A DNA stretch of 64,000 nt from Antedon mediterranea. Its lineage: Eukaryota; Animalia; Echinodermata. The notes beneath the pieces were generated by a model that ran no database searches, was not told where the DNA came from, and saw only the letters and a program-made list of their open reading frames with translations. The stretch is from assembly GCF_964355755.1 (NCBI RefSeq), contig NC_092670.1:8174201-8238200 (forward strand), given 5' to 3'. Of the stretch, positions 13,571-26,962 are shown one piece after another; the first letter of the stretch is position 1, and every line of letters starts with the position of its first letter. The position numbers were made by a program, and so were the translations under genes.

Positions 13571-14597
13571 TTATTATATTATTAGACGTGAAATTACACA
13601 CATTTAAGGGACGGATGGAGGGACATGGTAGACATTTTTTTTGGCCGTTTTACGAATAATTTTTCGATAATAATTCATCTAAAAAAGCTACACCCATTCC
13701 ATTTGTATTGTGGTGACAATAAACAATAGACACAAAAAGGTAAAATAGACAATTCGCCTTATTTCTTTATTTCTGTTTTTACTGTATTTCATAACAATAA
13801 GCATACAAAGTCAACAGACAATATGGTTTCATTCTAATTCAATAGCACGAGACATAATGCGACACGTCAATGAATTATGATTTTTAAAAAATGTATTACA
13901 TAATCGTAATAATATCTTTCAGTGCAATATAGTGTATAAAAAAGCTCAGTAAAGTCTCTCACTGATGATTTTAACTGGCACCCAAACAAATATTCCCAAT
14001 TTACTCATTCATAATTATTAACATATTGAAGTCTTCTTCGTAAGCTACTTGTTGTGTCCTGAAAATATAGATAAAAATCGTTACAAATGCAAACAGGTTT
14101 ATAAATTCGAACTGCTACACGTACCGACTGCTGAAAGAGAGTTAAATCTGACAGTTAAGTCTCAATCCTACAATAGCATCCATTTTCGTATGCTTTATGC
14201 ATAATTGACGCGCCATACACCACGATCGATATTGTTAAAAATTGACCTTGTCAGTTCAATGGTATTGTAGTTACTGTAGTTGAATTGTTTTGACATGTTG
14301 ACCTACGTCGACTTTTTATTGTAATTGTTATTTTCTATATCATGTTTTTTGTTGTTGTATATTTCTCTTGGATGCACCTTCCATTTGGTCGAGTGCCACT
14401 GTTGTAAAAGTGTAATCTCCAAATAAATTATTATTATTATTATTGACACGCGACCGAAATGAAACGCGATCGAGATGATCGTATTCCCTTTAGGTATGGG
14501 TATAACTATGCCTTTTGTTTGTTAACATCTTTGATTGGCTGATTTGTTTTATTATGTAATTTTGTGACTTATATATGTTATCCTTTGTTACAATTCT

Positions 14598-14640
14598 TTT
14601 CAGCTGATGATGGGCTATGCCCGAAACATGTCGTTAAAAT
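14598..14640 (+). ncRNA. Degenerate minimal hammerhead ribozyme-like motif (Penelope-type)
   Basis: CTGATGA-t-gggc(tat)gccc-GAAA-catGTC; helix I pairs poorly. Confidence 0.4.
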
Positions 14641-14869
14641 AAATCTATATTGAGGCAGTTTTAACTTATTTGATCTTGATTTTTTTCTATATCCTGCCTA
14701 TGCAGCTCTTTGATTCATAAATATATATATATATAATTATATAAATCCAAAGGCAAATTACTGAAAAAAATGACAATGCTTTGGGTATCAGTGGCTGGAT
14801 CTCAATGGAGATACAAAAATAAAAAGCGAAAAGCTAAATCAAAACGATAAAGTAAACAGCCAGAAAAGT

Positions 14870-14910
14870 TAGCAGAGCTTTCGGGCAACACTAGCCCTTC
14901 ATCAGTGCAA
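14870..14910 (-). ncRNA. Minimal type I hammerhead ribozyme (Penelope-like element remnant)
   Basis: Minus strand ttgca-CTGATGA-a-gggc(tagtgtt)gccc-GAAA-gc-TC-tgcta: core, helix II, palindromic helix III (AGCT) and helix I. Confidence 0.65.
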
Positions 14911-15811
14911 GTGAAGGAATTTGGATAACGTCATAGTATAAAGCTGGCAAGTGCAACCTGGGTGGACAGGAATAAAAGAAATATAACAAAGGGAGCCAGG
15001 GTGGAGTCTGAATAAGAGTAGAAAACAAAGAAGGTAGCTTGGTAGAGATATAGAAAAAATTTGGAATTGTATATATATATATATTTTTTTATAACAAAAT
15101 ATATGTCAACAGTAATTTGAAACTGATAGTGTATTAACAACAAGGGTCAAAATTATCTCGCATTTTGGTCTCTTGATGTAACATATCGACACGTGTATAG
15201 GGTCTACTGTAGGCCATACCGCAGTAGGCCTACAGCGAACTGGGCCATGAACGATTCGTACAAAGAGACAACTGCATACCTATAATTGTTTAGTAGCCTA
15301 GATTGTTGACGTACGTCACAAATGGAACGGTTGCGGTTATACCTACAGTATTTATGTGTGGCTAAGAAGTGTATCATTATTATACCTATAGGCCTAGAGA
15401 TATAGTGAATATTAATACTCTATCCATGCTCTATCTATGGTATCATGTAGGCTACTACTCCTACTACTCCTCCGATATTTTTTTCTAGGCCGCCCGCCGA
15501 TACGTAGGCTACTCAACTGTATCAATATTTTTACATTGATATATTTAATTTCCTCGACATTTCCTCTGTCTCAAGTATTTTATCAGTTATCAGTTCACCA
15601 AATATATATTCACGATATATTTACTTACAATACTATAATGATTGATGAATATTTAAGTTAAGGTAGCTAGTTACTATACAGTATTTTCAGGTAGACATCC
15701 TCGGCATGTTATTTCATGAAGTAATATTACTCAATGGTTCATTAATTTACTACCTAGCAGCTAGCGTTTCGCTACTGGCTAGTAATAACCAAACAGTGGT
15801 AGGCCTACTGT

Positions 15812-16289
15812 ACAAAGTGGAGAATTAAAAGTACACGTCAGATCTCACACGGGAGAGACGCCATTTGAATGTGAACAATGTGGTAAGAAATTCAAAGCTA
15901 ATGCAAATTTGAAAGATCATTTTAGAGTACATACAGAAGAGACACCATATGAATGTATATTTTGTACAAAGAAATTTAAATCTAATGGGTCTTTAAACTC
16001 ACATTTGAAATTACACACAGGAAACTTACCATATGAATGTGAACATTGTGGAAGGAAATGTGCCTCTAATGGACTATTAAAAAAACATTTGAGAATTTAC
16101 AGAGAAGAGAGACCATATGAATGTGAACATTGTGGGAAGATATTTAAAACAAATGAAGGATTAAAATCACATTTGAAAACACATGGAGAGCCACGGTATA
16201 AATGCGAATATTGTGGAGTGAAATACCAAGATAAAAGGTGCTTCCAAATGCATTTGGAAAGGCACACAATAGGAATGGGAACAGCTTAA
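15812..16289 (+). pseudogene. 5'-truncated duplicate of the 3' half of ZF gene 25718..26962
   Basis: Near-identical to 26395..26860, starting abruptly mid-finger after repeat-derived DNA. Confidence 0.85.
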
Positions 16290-17984
16290 TGAATAGGAAG
16301 ATTGTATTCTAAAATTTAATTGTAATGATATGTTTAACATACACACAGACATCATAAGGTGACATTGTCAACAGAAATTTAGAACTTGCAAACATTTAAA
16401 ATAACGTTTGAGGAACAGACAGAGGGCGAGACACCATGATGTGAATACGAACATTGTGTCTATTTTTTTCTATTTCTAATCTACAGAGAATACCATCAAT
16501 ATACCAGTGTATTTTAGAAGGCTATAAATTAAATTGTCCATTATACGTTTTAATTGCATCGGCCCTTTTTCAACATAGATTTTTCCCTCTTTTATGTGGT
16601 TAACTACTGTACTATACTTTTATTCATATCACAATCAAAACGATAAACACAATGATTGAATAATATTCAACGTTTTAATGATGTTCATGAACATAATGAG
16701 TTTAAAATAAATGTATTATAATTATATTTTAGGTGTTTTTTTATTCATTCCATAGAAATATAGAAACAATGTTGATTTCAATCCCTAAAAAATATACTTT
16801 GCTCCACTAAATCTTGGTAACTGGTACGCAACGCAAAGTGGTTTGACCGATCTCAAGCGATAGACTATTCGAACAGTGGCGTGTGATTGGTCAACTCGCT
16901 TGCGTTGTGTCTCCGTCCTTGCGTTGCGTCCTAGTGCTTAAGCTTTTTTTTGTCTTGTGTGAGTTCATCTCACGTTTATTTAAATTCTCATTGGTGAATA
17001 TATTATATACGTATAAGTACATTTGTGACAATTAAAAGTAAGTGTTTAAAGTAGTTAAAATACAGGTATTATTTACACAATAAGATGCTTGAATTCAGTA
17101 TTAACCATATTTGTTTTCATTAAAATTTTAGATACGATGTTAATTAAATTGTAAAAATGAAAAATGTCGGTAAAATACATGATTAAAATTTTCTTGTTAA
17201 ACTATCTTATTTGTGATCTTATTTGTGTTCGAGTAGAGAGGCTATAAACTCAGGGGAGGAAAATGTAGTATCCTCCCTTTTCACCAAGATAAAAAGGATG
17301 AAATGAAAAAAGAGGAATGCAAAAGTTTGAAAGTTAGATATTTAGAATGATAGCATGCAATGATATATTTAATGAAAACCGTAAAGTTAGAGTCCATACA
17401 CTGTGCAAGTCCAAGATGCGATTTTGGCTCTGTGCGTATGTGAGACGCTTCATACCCGATGTCACCATGGTACAACTACTACTAACAATTTGTATTTACG
17501 ATATAAAATATTGCAAATATAGAAAAATATATACATTGCTTAAGCTTAACGCACTCTATCTAACTTGCTCTAACTATGGTAACAAAAATAGCAAAACAAA
17601 ATAACTAACGTCTATAATTTGCGATTTTTTTTTCTGTTTGTACGTACGTTTGTTGATATGAATGAAATTTTCGAAATAAATGAAATTAATTGAAATAGTC
17701 ATTTTTGACTGAGGGATGCCTGATTGAGCTGAGGTCGCTGCTTAACAAGCATGGTAACTTGAAGTTGGTAAAGATCTGTGTTGCCACATTCTAATATCGT
17801 AGTATAAAGTAGTATTGTTATTCACCTTGCTGAGAAAAAATGTAATTTAATTCATTAAATTTCAAAAGACACACAAGCAAGAAATGTAGGATAGAAGTAG
17901 TAGTGCCAATTAAGGTCATATAGAATAGACCTTTAAAACACCTCCTTCCCAATTAGGCCTACATTTACACAATAAAAAAATGCA

Positions 17985-18330
17985 TTTTAGTCGCGTGCAA
18001 CTATGTCGATCGGTTGGTTGGTCGGTCGGTCGGTCGGTTGGTTGGTAAACACTACTTGGGCACGCGACTGCAGCCATGGGTTCGAGCCTGTCTGTACCAT
18101 ACAAACTGTATTCTTAGGCAAGATGCTTTACTCGTATTGCCTCGTCCTTCGGATGGAACGTAAAGCCGTTGGTCCCATGTTTATAGTGCACGTTAACGAA
18201 CTTGGTACACTATTCGCAAAGAGTAGTGGATCGTCTCCCGGTGTGCTGAACTGGTAGGCGCTGCACTACTGGGTCCGTGGAGGGCCTACTCCGAATTTCC
18301 TCAGTTTCCAGTTAAACTTGAGGAAAACTA
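17985..18330 (+). mobile_element. Composite of a DINE-like fragment ((ggtc)n) and a 5'-truncated tRNA-derived SINE body
   Basis: ttttagtcgcgtgca..ggtcggtcgg also seen inverted at 23207..23322; B-box-like gggttcgagcc then a SINE-like body (ggcaagatgctttactc...cttcggatggaacgtaaagccgttggtccc). Confidence 0.5.
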
Positions 18331-19214
18331 CAGGTTCATTATTTATTGCTTTATTGAAGTAGATTGCTTAGTTATTACTCAGTAGGCCGCGGTTACGGAG
18401 TTACCGAGTAGTTTATTTGTTTTATTTATATATTTTATTTATTAAGCTTCAAAAGACAAATTAGAAAGGAGAATGTATGTATAGAATTATAGACATATGA
18501 CGCATATAACGATCGACGATATCAAGATAAACGTACATTTTTCTTACATAAAACAAAAGAAATTTTCATTCTAGAACCATAGATAACCATTTTTTTTAAA
18601 GCAATAAGAACAATAAAATCGTTGATCGCGTGAGAATATTATTTAGCTGTTTTTTGTTTTTTTTTTGCTATTTTGAAATTTCCTGTCACTTTAAGGACCC
18701 TAATAGAATGATGAATTGGGTCGTCCTAAATATATTTTGATTTTTTCTAAAGCCTACATATCATTACAATTTTGTTTTGGCCTATTAAATATTAGTGCGT
18801 TGTGTTCCTTATCAGTTTATCCGTGGTGCTTAATTAACCATGCAGGGCGTATATACCATTGGGATGTAAGTTTTAATAAAATGAGATACACAAAATGACT
18901 AAAGGAAATACTATTATTAATAGCAGTAATAGTAGTATTAATACTACTATTATTTCTTATATAACTTTATACATCTCTATGCAGTTACTAACATTGAATT
19001 AATGTTATGTGTATTTTCAGCATTTAAAATAATGATAAAGTTAAAACTATAAATTAGTTATAATGTTTCATTCTGTTTCTTAGTCACGGCTTGTAACAAT
19101 ATTTTCTGTGCCAGCGACTATTAATTGGTTTGATTGTACTTTGGTTTCCATTGATTTTGTTACCCTCATTTTTAAAATCTTTTGTTTAATTAAATTCTTG
19201 ACTACGTGACGTGG

Positions 19215-19912
19215 ATTTTCAATAGTCTCGGCCAATCAAAGTACAGTAGGCCAACTATTAAGCGACGAGATGTCTTTGTCCGTCATTATTTCCGCCTGGT
19301 CTGAGTGGATGAAGGCCACTGCTACTTTATTTGTTCATTGTTATTATTTTGTATGCAGGCAGCGAAAGAAGTGGACAAAAAGGCCGGGAACTGTATCATG
19401 GTAAGTACAACCACAACTTAATTGTTTTATGTATTTTTTCCCATTCACAATGTGTACAATTTAGTGCGGTTTGTTTTACACGTTTACACATGGAGTGTAC
19501 TCCATGGTTTACGATGGTTTTCGTAACTAACTCCAAATAGTGAGAGGGAAGTCATGATTCAACGTATAAATAATTATAACTCCAGGATTTAATAATTATC
19601 TAGCCAACCAGCTTGTCAACATTACACAAACAAAAATGGTATATTCAACAACAAACATTTTTGCTTTCATTAAAATTGTAATGTAATTATCAATAATGGC
19701 CTTGGGTTGTTATCAAACTGCACTTTTAAAGTTATTGGTTGGTCAATTATTTGCCTATAGTCTCGACCAATCAAATTTAAGTACAGCATAATCTAATTAT
19801 AGGTGTTTTTTCTTTGTTAGAATATCCTTGGATAAAACTGTTGTTTGCTAAGTTTTAAGCAGGAAGTGAAACAATGGCAATCACTGAGAAGACGGCAGTG
19901 GTATAGGTAAGT
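19215..19912 (+). promoter_or_regulatory. Two tandem promoter/first-exon modules upstream of ZF gene 20475
   Basis: atagtctcg(g/a)ccaatcaaa at ~19222 and ~19757, each followed 150-180 bp later by a gtaagtac donor (19401, 19907). Confidence 0.5.
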
Positions 19913-20474
19913 ACCAGGATTTTGTTGTGTATTTTTGTTTATGAAATTGCACTAAACAGTAACTTGTGTACATTTTAGTGTAGTAAGTTGTGGATTCCGT
20001 AAGTTGTTTAAAAATGTTTTTAAATATACATTTATTACTTTAATTCTTCCATACTTTACGATCTTTTATATATATATATATCGGTATATCTTTATTCAAA
20101 TGACACAAACAGCCAATGGCTGAAACCGTAGTCGTACAATATTAAAAACAATCATGATAAAAACAGGTAAAAAAACATTTAAAAAAGCCGGTACTAGGCT
20201 CCTTCAAGCCTAAAGTAATCGATCGATCCAAACCCACAAGTTTTTTGTTGAACAGTGCATGTTTATTCAATGTTATTGCCTACTTTACTACTCCCTTATT
20301 CAGTACAGTATATGCCACGCTGTACCTTAGGTACATTTTATTTATATTTATTGGATTTTTTAAATTTACAGTAGGCCTATAATTATGAAGAAATGTCATC
20401 GCAATTAGGACGAACTCAACAGCAACATTAACTTTTAAAAATCATTAAAAAAAGATTTTTTATTGAACATCAGC

Positions 20475-22556
20475 ATGGAGTTCAAATGTGAACACTGTGG
20501 AGATAAATTTGAGTTAAGTGATTTGAAGGAGCATTTAGGAATACATGTCCGTTTTAAAGAGTTAAAATGTGAAAACACAAACGATGTTGAACCACAAGAT
20601 GAGACACCCTATGAGAAAGAAGGTGAGAATTTTGAAATAAACACTGCCATAGAAACTTCATATAAATGTGAACATTGTGAGAAGCAATTTGAACAAAAAG
20701 AAGATTTGAAACAACATTTGCAAATACACAGAGAAGAGAAACCATATGAATGTGAACAATGTAATAAAAGATTTAAACAGAATGCTAATTTCAAAAAACA
20801 TTTGAGAATTCACACAGGAGAAACACCATATGAATGTGAACATTGTAGGAAGAAATTTAAAGAAAGGGGGAATTTGAATAAACATTTGAGAGTACACACA
20901 GGAGAGAAACCATATGAATGTGAACATTGTGGAAAGAAATTTAGCTGCAGTCAGAATTTGAAAAAACATTTGAGAGTACACACAGGAGAAACACCATATG
21001 AATGTGAACATTGTGGGAAGAAATTTGCACAAAGCGGGGAAATGAAAGTTCATGTCAGAATTCACACAGGAGAAAAACCATATGAATGTGAACAATGTGG
21101 GAAGAAATTCGGAGCTAGTGGTTCTTTAAAAAAACATCTGAGAGTACATAGTGGAGAAAAACCATTTGAATGTAAATATTGTTCAAAGAAATTTAGCTCA
21201 AAAAAATATTTAATAGTACACACACGGTTACACACAGGAGAGCAACTATATGAATGTGAATATTGTGGGAAGAAAATTAACAATAAAGACAACTGGAGAA
21301 AACATGTGATGCTACACACAGGAGAGAGACCATATGAATGTGAGCATTGTGGAAAGAAATTTAGAGGTAATAGAAATTTAAAATTACATTTAAGAATTCA
21401 CACTGGAGAGAAACCATTTGAATGTGAATATTGTGGGAAGAAATTTAACGATAAAGGACAATGGAAAAAACATGTGATGCTACACACAGGAGAGAGACCA
21501 TATGGATGTGAGCATTGTGGAAAGAAATTTAGAGGCAATAAAAATTTAAAATTGCATTTGAGAATTCACACTGGAGAGAAACCATTTGAATGTGAACATT
21601 GTGGTAAGAAATTCCAATATCGGGAGACCTTCAAAAAACATTTGAGAATACACACAGGAGAAACACCTTATGAATGTGAACATTGTGGGATGAAATTTAA
21701 AGGAGGAAATCAATTGGAAATACATTTGAGAATTCACAATACAATAGCGCCACCATCGCATAATTTGGAACAGAACAAAGGTAATGTAAATTTAAAATCA
21801 CCGTTGAAAATACTCAGAGCGACACCATCTGGATCTTATGGATGTGAACAAAAATGTATAAATAATTTTATAGCACACAAGAGAGAGACAGAATCTAAAT
21901 TTGAACATTGTGGAATAAAATTCAAAACTATTGAATATTTAAAATCGCATTTGAGAATACACATAAAAAAGGAAATACCGTCTTATGAATGTGAACAGAA
22001 ATGTATAACTAATTTTATAACATACAAGAAAGAGACACCATATGGAATGGATTGGAAAGAAGAGACACCATATGGAATGGAACATAAAAGAGAGACACCA
22101 TATGGAAAGAAACATAAAGAGAAGACACCATATGGAATGGAACATAAAGAAAATAGTACACCACATGAAATAGAACATAAAGGAGATATACCATATGAAA
22201 TGGAACATAAAGGAGAGACACCATATGAAATAGAACATAAAGGAGATATACCATATGAAATGGAACATAAAGGAGATATACCATATGAAATGGAACATAA
22301 AGGAGATATACCATATGAAATGGAATATAAAGGAGATATACCATATGAAATGGAACATAAAGGAGAGACACCATATGAAATGGAATATAAAGGAGAGATA
22401 CCATATGAATTTGAACATACAGGAGACACATCATATGGAATGGAACATTTAATACACAGAACACAGATACCATATGAAATGGAACAATCAATAGGCATAG
22501 GCCTACACACAGGAGAAACACCATATGAGATGGGAACATTGTGGGATCGAATTTAA
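20475..22556 (+). CDS. Tandem C2H2 zinc-finger protein (~13 fingers) with a C-terminal 10-aa repeat tail
   Basis: ORF 20463..22556, ATG in cagcATGg at 20475; TGEKPY-linked fingers. Confidence 0.92.
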   Translation: MEFKCEHCGDKFELSDLKEHLGIHVRFKELKCENTNDVEPQDETPYEKEGENFEINTAIETSYKCEHCEKQFEQKEDLKQHLQIHREEKPYECEQCNKRFKQNANFKKHLRIHTGETPYECEHCRKKFKERGNLNKHLRVHTGEKPYECEHCGKKFSCSQNLKKHLRVHTGETPYECEHCGKKFAQSGEMKVHVRIHTGEKPYECEQCGKKFGASGSLKKHLRVHSGEKPFECKYCSKKFSSKKYLIVHTRLHTGEQLYECEYCGKKINNKDNWRKHVMLHTGERPYECEHCGKKFRGNRNLKLHLRIHTGEKPFECEYCGKKFNDKGQWKKHVMLHTGERPYGCEHCGKKFRGNKNLKLHLRIHTGEKPFECEHCGKKFQYRETFKKHLRIHTGETPYECEHCGMKFKGGNQLEIHLRIHNTIAPPSHNLEQNKGNVNLKSPLKILRATPSGSYGCEQKCINNFIAHKRETESKFEHCGIKFKTIEYLKSHLRIHIKKEIPSYECEQKCITNFITYKKETPYGMDWKEETPYGMEHKRETPYGKKHKEKTPYGMEHKENSTPHEIEHKGDIPYEMEHKGETPYEIEHKGDIPYEMEHKGDIPYEMEHKGDIPYEMEYKGDIPYEMEHKGETPYEMEYKGEIPYEFEHTGDTSYGMEHLIHRTQIPYEMEQSIGIGLHTGETPYEMGTLWDRI
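22030..22540 (+). repeat. Coding 30-bp minisatellite ([11 protein letters not shown])
   Basis: Unit ccatatgaaatggaacataaaggagatata, ~16 copies. Confidence 0.9.
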
Positions 22557-23206
22557 CCAGAATGACAATTACATTATACTATTAATTTAACAATATCAAG
22601 TTTACCAGGGGCCATATAAAGTTTATCCTACTGCCGTACACTTAGGCCTACTTGTAGGAGGGATCGAGAAGAGGGTGTAGTGTTTATTGCAGTGACTATC
22701 TCAAATAACCTCATCCGTTCAGTAGTATAACCTTGGACCTGATCCTTAATTTTACTGTAAATATATTTAGAAGAATTCATTGGTTAGATAATGTTTAAAC
22801 TATAAGTTACTAATACTGTAAAGATTTATTGTCCGCCAAAGCGGTTAAAATCAATCAAAAACACATTGTCTTCTAGACAATTTGACAATTGTCTGCTTTA
22901 GCTTACAGTTTTTTTACGTTTATATTTTTTTTCCGATCCAATTCATGGTGAAAAGTGAAGTGAATAACTATTATGTAACATTAAAATGGCATATTCAACA
23001 AAACATTTAACGAAATTATTTTTTTCAGATTCAAAATATACCTTTAAACAATTAATTAGTTTGTGCAGACATATATCTTTTTTTTTCATTTATAAACAAT
23101 TAGCGTCATTATGACAGGGTACAGATGATGGTTGAAGTTAAACATGTTTGACATTAAATCTTTCGTTTTTTTATTATTTTTCTTTGTCTTTTTGTTTCAA
23201 TTTAAA

Positions 23207-23322
23207 ACAAGGCCATATAGATGGCTGCAGTCGCGTGCTCAAGTTGTGTTTATGACCAACCGACCGACCAACCGACGGACCGACATAGTGAGTTGTAGAG
23301 TCGCGCTGCACGCGACTAAAAA
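23207..23322 (-). mobile_element. Short DINE/Helentron-like element
   Basis: Internal inverted agtcgcg/cgcgact, (accg)n microsatellite, A/T-run ends. Confidence 0.5.
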
Positions 23323-23508
23323 CTTCAGTTCCTGTTTTACTACGGAGGTTGGAGAAAACGTTTGAAAATGTATTCGTACGTTCATGAAAAGCGGAATAAT
23401 ATCTAATTTTTTCTACATATGCAAAACGTTCAGCGTACATTCGAACACTGTAGCCTACCTTTTAAAAATATTGTAACAATTGGTAACGTAACAAAAGTCA
23501 ACCACTAA

Positions 23509-23687
23509 AGCTTGGTTCCCACTAGAACGTAACGCAAGGACGTAAACGCAACGCAAGCGTTTTAACCAATGACAAGCGAAGTTATAGACAGTTAGCAATC
23601 ACAAGCGAATAAGCCATCGCTTGTGATTGGTCAATTCACTTGCGTTGCGTTACGTCCTTGCGTTGCGTCGCTAGTGGGAACCACGCT
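23509..23687. mobile_element. PIF/Harbinger-like MITE; degenerate copy at ~16808..16945
   Basis: TIR agcttggttcccactag/ctagtgggaaccacgct, TAA on both sides, long internal palindrome. Confidence 0.8.
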
Positions 23688-24146
23688 TAAAGTAAAAACA
23701 GTACTTGTGTGTGTGTCTATTTTCTATTATTTGTTTCTTCTGTTGGATATTAATGGTGCTAAATCTTTTACATGAACGGAAGATGGAATCGTATTAATAG
23801 TAATAAAAGAGTATGCAAATTATGATGAATACTTTCGTTTGTCCCTTTTATTCAGATAATATTAGAAGTAAATATATGATTTCCTTTAATTCAAATAACA
23901 CAAATTGAAATATATTTATCGTTTTAATTTAGACGTTCTAAAAGGAAAGCATAATGGTCAAATGAACAATGTGTAAGTTTATTTGTAGTTATTTGAATTA
24001 CTGAAACAAATTGTAATACAGTAATTCGTATTAAAAATATATAATTTGCTATATACCACTTTCAGCTGAATATGCCTCACTTTAGTCAAATGAACAATGT
24101 GTAAGTTTATTTGTAATTATTTGAATTACTGAAACAAATTGTAATA

Positions 24147-24465
24147 CTTCTTCTTCTCTAGACTTCTGGTCAATGGCATTTATACAGCACATAGGCCAGA
24201 GGCCCGAAGTACATATTATTATATTATTTACAAAAATTAGATGCAGAAAGAAATATTTCTTTTTTTAATTCACAAAAAATGTATTTAGACATATTTTCCA
24301 GTGATATTTCTGGAAGCCATTAAAATAATGAACTTACTTTCAGAAGGGAAATTATAAAACTAAACTGGTAATAACTCATGACGTAACTTATTTAGAATGG
24401 ACAAATTAACAGAAAGTGATATTCATCATCTATGTTATTGCTATGACTTAATTTATATATTCTAT
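24147..24465 (-). mobile_element. 3' fragment of a non-LTR retrotransposon (LINE)
   Basis: Minus strand encodes NIDDEYHFLLICP (ORF2 C-terminal zinc-knuckle motif) and ends in (gaa)n; interrupts the second copy of a ~127-bp local tandem duplication. Confidence 0.65.
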
Positions 24466-24814
24466 AGTAATTCGTATTAAAAATACATAATTTGCTTTTT
24501 ACCACTTTCAGCTGAATATGCCTCACTTTTTATTGTGGGTAAGTGTTCAATTAAAACAGATCAGATGATAATTTAAAAGTTATATTGTTCTGTTTCAAAA
24601 CAAATTGACTTAATATATAATAGTCAATTAACACAACCTTTACAATTATACACAAATATTTTTTTCAAAAGTATTATAAAGGCGTGTATCCTACTGTATT
24701 ATGCAATTTCTATTGTAGTGTTCAATCAAGTCCACCCAATTTCATCGCCACGCCACTCTAACAATTGTTTTATGTTATTGTCCCGGTGGGTGCATTACAA
24801 TCAATTAGTAAAAT

Positions 24815-24945
24815 AATCTAATTTGCATATACAGTCTCAGCCAATTACATGTCCTGCCGGTCTTGCTGAAGACTTCTTTTCCTCCCATTCCATTAATAGG
24901 CAGCAAGTGGATGACTGATGAGAGACGATAATTAGGTAGGTAGTT
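24815..24945 (+). promoter_or_regulatory. Putative promoter and first exon of ZF gene 25718
   Basis: ATTTGCAT at 24821, CCAAT at 24841, gactgatgagagacgataattag|gtaggt. Confidence 0.55.
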
Positions 24946-25717
24946 AGGGTTGCCACGTTTAAACTTTTATACATTAATTGTTGCCCTTCCAAGTTTTTAC
25001 GAATTGTTGTGTTTGCCTAAATTGTCTATACTCTACACTCATTTCTGTTGTTTTCTTTTTCTCCTTACTTTTTGAAAAGTTTACTTGTGTTCAACATTCT
25101 AAATACTATTAGCAGCATAAACATTGAGGTACTCAATTGAGGGACTGTGTATTAGCAAAGGAAAAGAGGAGTTTTTTATGATTCGTACACGTTTAAATAT
25201 TTTAGATGTATTCACTATTTCTTTCAATCGAGGGAATCACGGTGTATAATGTTACATGTATGTATTTGGACCATGTTTCTTACGACGATACGAGAACTAA
25301 ACAGTACTGTATAGATTAGAAACAGGTTTTCCGATTCCCTATACATTTTCAATTTAAATATAAATTATTCCAATTTTTAAATAATAGCGGAACCAGAAGG
25401 CAGGATATAAAAGTTGTAAAATGAAGTGAAGTGTCCAATATTTTACATTAAAATTGAGGGGTGTGGGGCTTCCCCTTCCTTCTGGATCCATGACGTGAAA
25501 AGTTACCCACTGCGTCCGTTCTTCGATTCTTTCTGCACAGCTTTACCTCAGGCGGCTGGTGGTTGTTGTTACATCTCCCTGGTTACTAACGGGAACTTTT
25601 CCACTTTGATCCACGTGTACCAGTACGTGTACTGAAAAATACAGGGTTTATTATTTCCATTCTTTTTATATTCTTTTTCTTTCAAATTTTTATTTAGATA
25701 TATGTGGAGAACGACGA

Positions 25718-26962
25718 TTGAAATTTGACTTTATTGATAAACAAAAACTAATCGATCAAGTAAAAAAGAGGAAAACCAACATGTACAACAACAAGTACAA
25801 ATGTGAACACTGTGGAGATAAATTTGAGTTAAGTGATTTGAAGGAACATTTAGGAATACATGTGCATTTTAAAGAGTTAAAAGACTACGAGCATTTTCAA
25901 CTACATGATCAAAAACGAAAAGAAATTGAGAATTTGGAAATACACACCACCGAAGAAACTTCATTTGAAAATTTTGGGAATAAAGAAAATGAGAATTTAG
26001 GAATATGCACCGATGAAGAAACTTCGTATGAATGTGAACATTGTGGAATGCAATTTAACAAAATTGATGTTTTAAATAAACATTTGAAAATACACACAAG
26101 CGAGATACCATATGAATGTGAATATTGTGGAAAAAAATTTAAACAGAATGCTAATTTCAAAAAACATTTGAGAATTCACACAGGAGAAACACCATATGAA
26201 TGTGAACATTGTAGGAAGAAATTTAAGGAAAGGGGGAATTTGAATAAACATTTGAGAGTACACACAGGAGAGAAACCATATGAATGTGAACATTGTGGAA
26301 AGAAATTTAGCTGCAGTCAGAATTTGAAAAAACATTTGAGAGTACACACAGGAGAAACACCATATGAATGTGAACATTGTGGAAGAAAATTTAAACAAAG
26401 TGGAGAATTAAAAGTACACGTTAGATCTCACACGGGAGAGACGCCATTTGAATGTGAACAATGTGGTAAGAAATTTAAAGCTAATGCAAATTTGAAAGAT
26501 CATTTTAGAGTACATACAGAAGAGACGCCATATGAATGTATATTTTGTACAAAGAAATTTAAGTCTAATGGGTCTTTAAACTCACATTTGAAATTACACA
26601 CAGGAAACTTACCATATGAATGTGAACATTGTGGGAGGAAATGTGCCTCTAATGGAATATTAAAAATACATTTGAGAATTCACAGAGAAGAGAGACCATA
26701 TGAATGTGAACATTGTGGGAAGACATTTAAAACAAATGAAGGATTAAAATCACATTTGAAAACACATGGAGAGCCACGGTATAAATGCGAATATTGTGGA
26801 GTGAAATACCAAGATAAAAGGTGCTTCCAAATGCATTTGGAAAGACACACAATAGGGAATGAATGGGAAGATTATATTATCAAATCCAATTGCAATGATA
26901 TGTTTAACTTACGCACAGAAGAGACATCGCATGGTAACATTTATAACTTGCATACATTTTAA
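25718..26962 (+). CDS. Tandem C2H2 zinc-finger protein (~10 fingers); first ATG at 25781
   Basis: Acceptor tttttatttag at 25697; conserved N-terminal [20 protein letters not shown]; intact fingers. Confidence 0.9.
   Translation: MKFDFIDKQKLIDQVKKRKTNMYNNKYKCEHCGDKFELSDLKEHLGIHVHFKELKDYEHFQLHDQKRKEIENLEIHTTEETSFENFGNKENENLGICTDEETSYECEHCGMQFNKIDVLNKHLKIHTSEIPYECEYCGKKFKQNANFKKHLRIHTGETPYECEHCRKKFKERGNLNKHLRVHTGEKPYECEHCGKKFSCSQNLKKHLRVHTGETPYECEHCGRKFKQSGELKVHVRSHTGETPFECEQCGKKFKANANLKDHFRVHTEETPYECIFCTKKFKSNGSLNSHLKLHTGNLPYECEHCGRKCASNGILKIHLRIHREERPYECEHCGKTFKTNEGLKSHLKTHGEPRYKCEYCGVKYQDKRCFQMHLERHTIGNEWEDYIIKSNCNDMFNLRTEETSHGNIYNLHTF

Noticed and set aside
23958-24530. Very long TSD around the LINE fragment
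   Set aside because: The arrangement is A-B-A-[LINE]-B, a local tandem duplication interrupted by the insertion, not a flanking duplication
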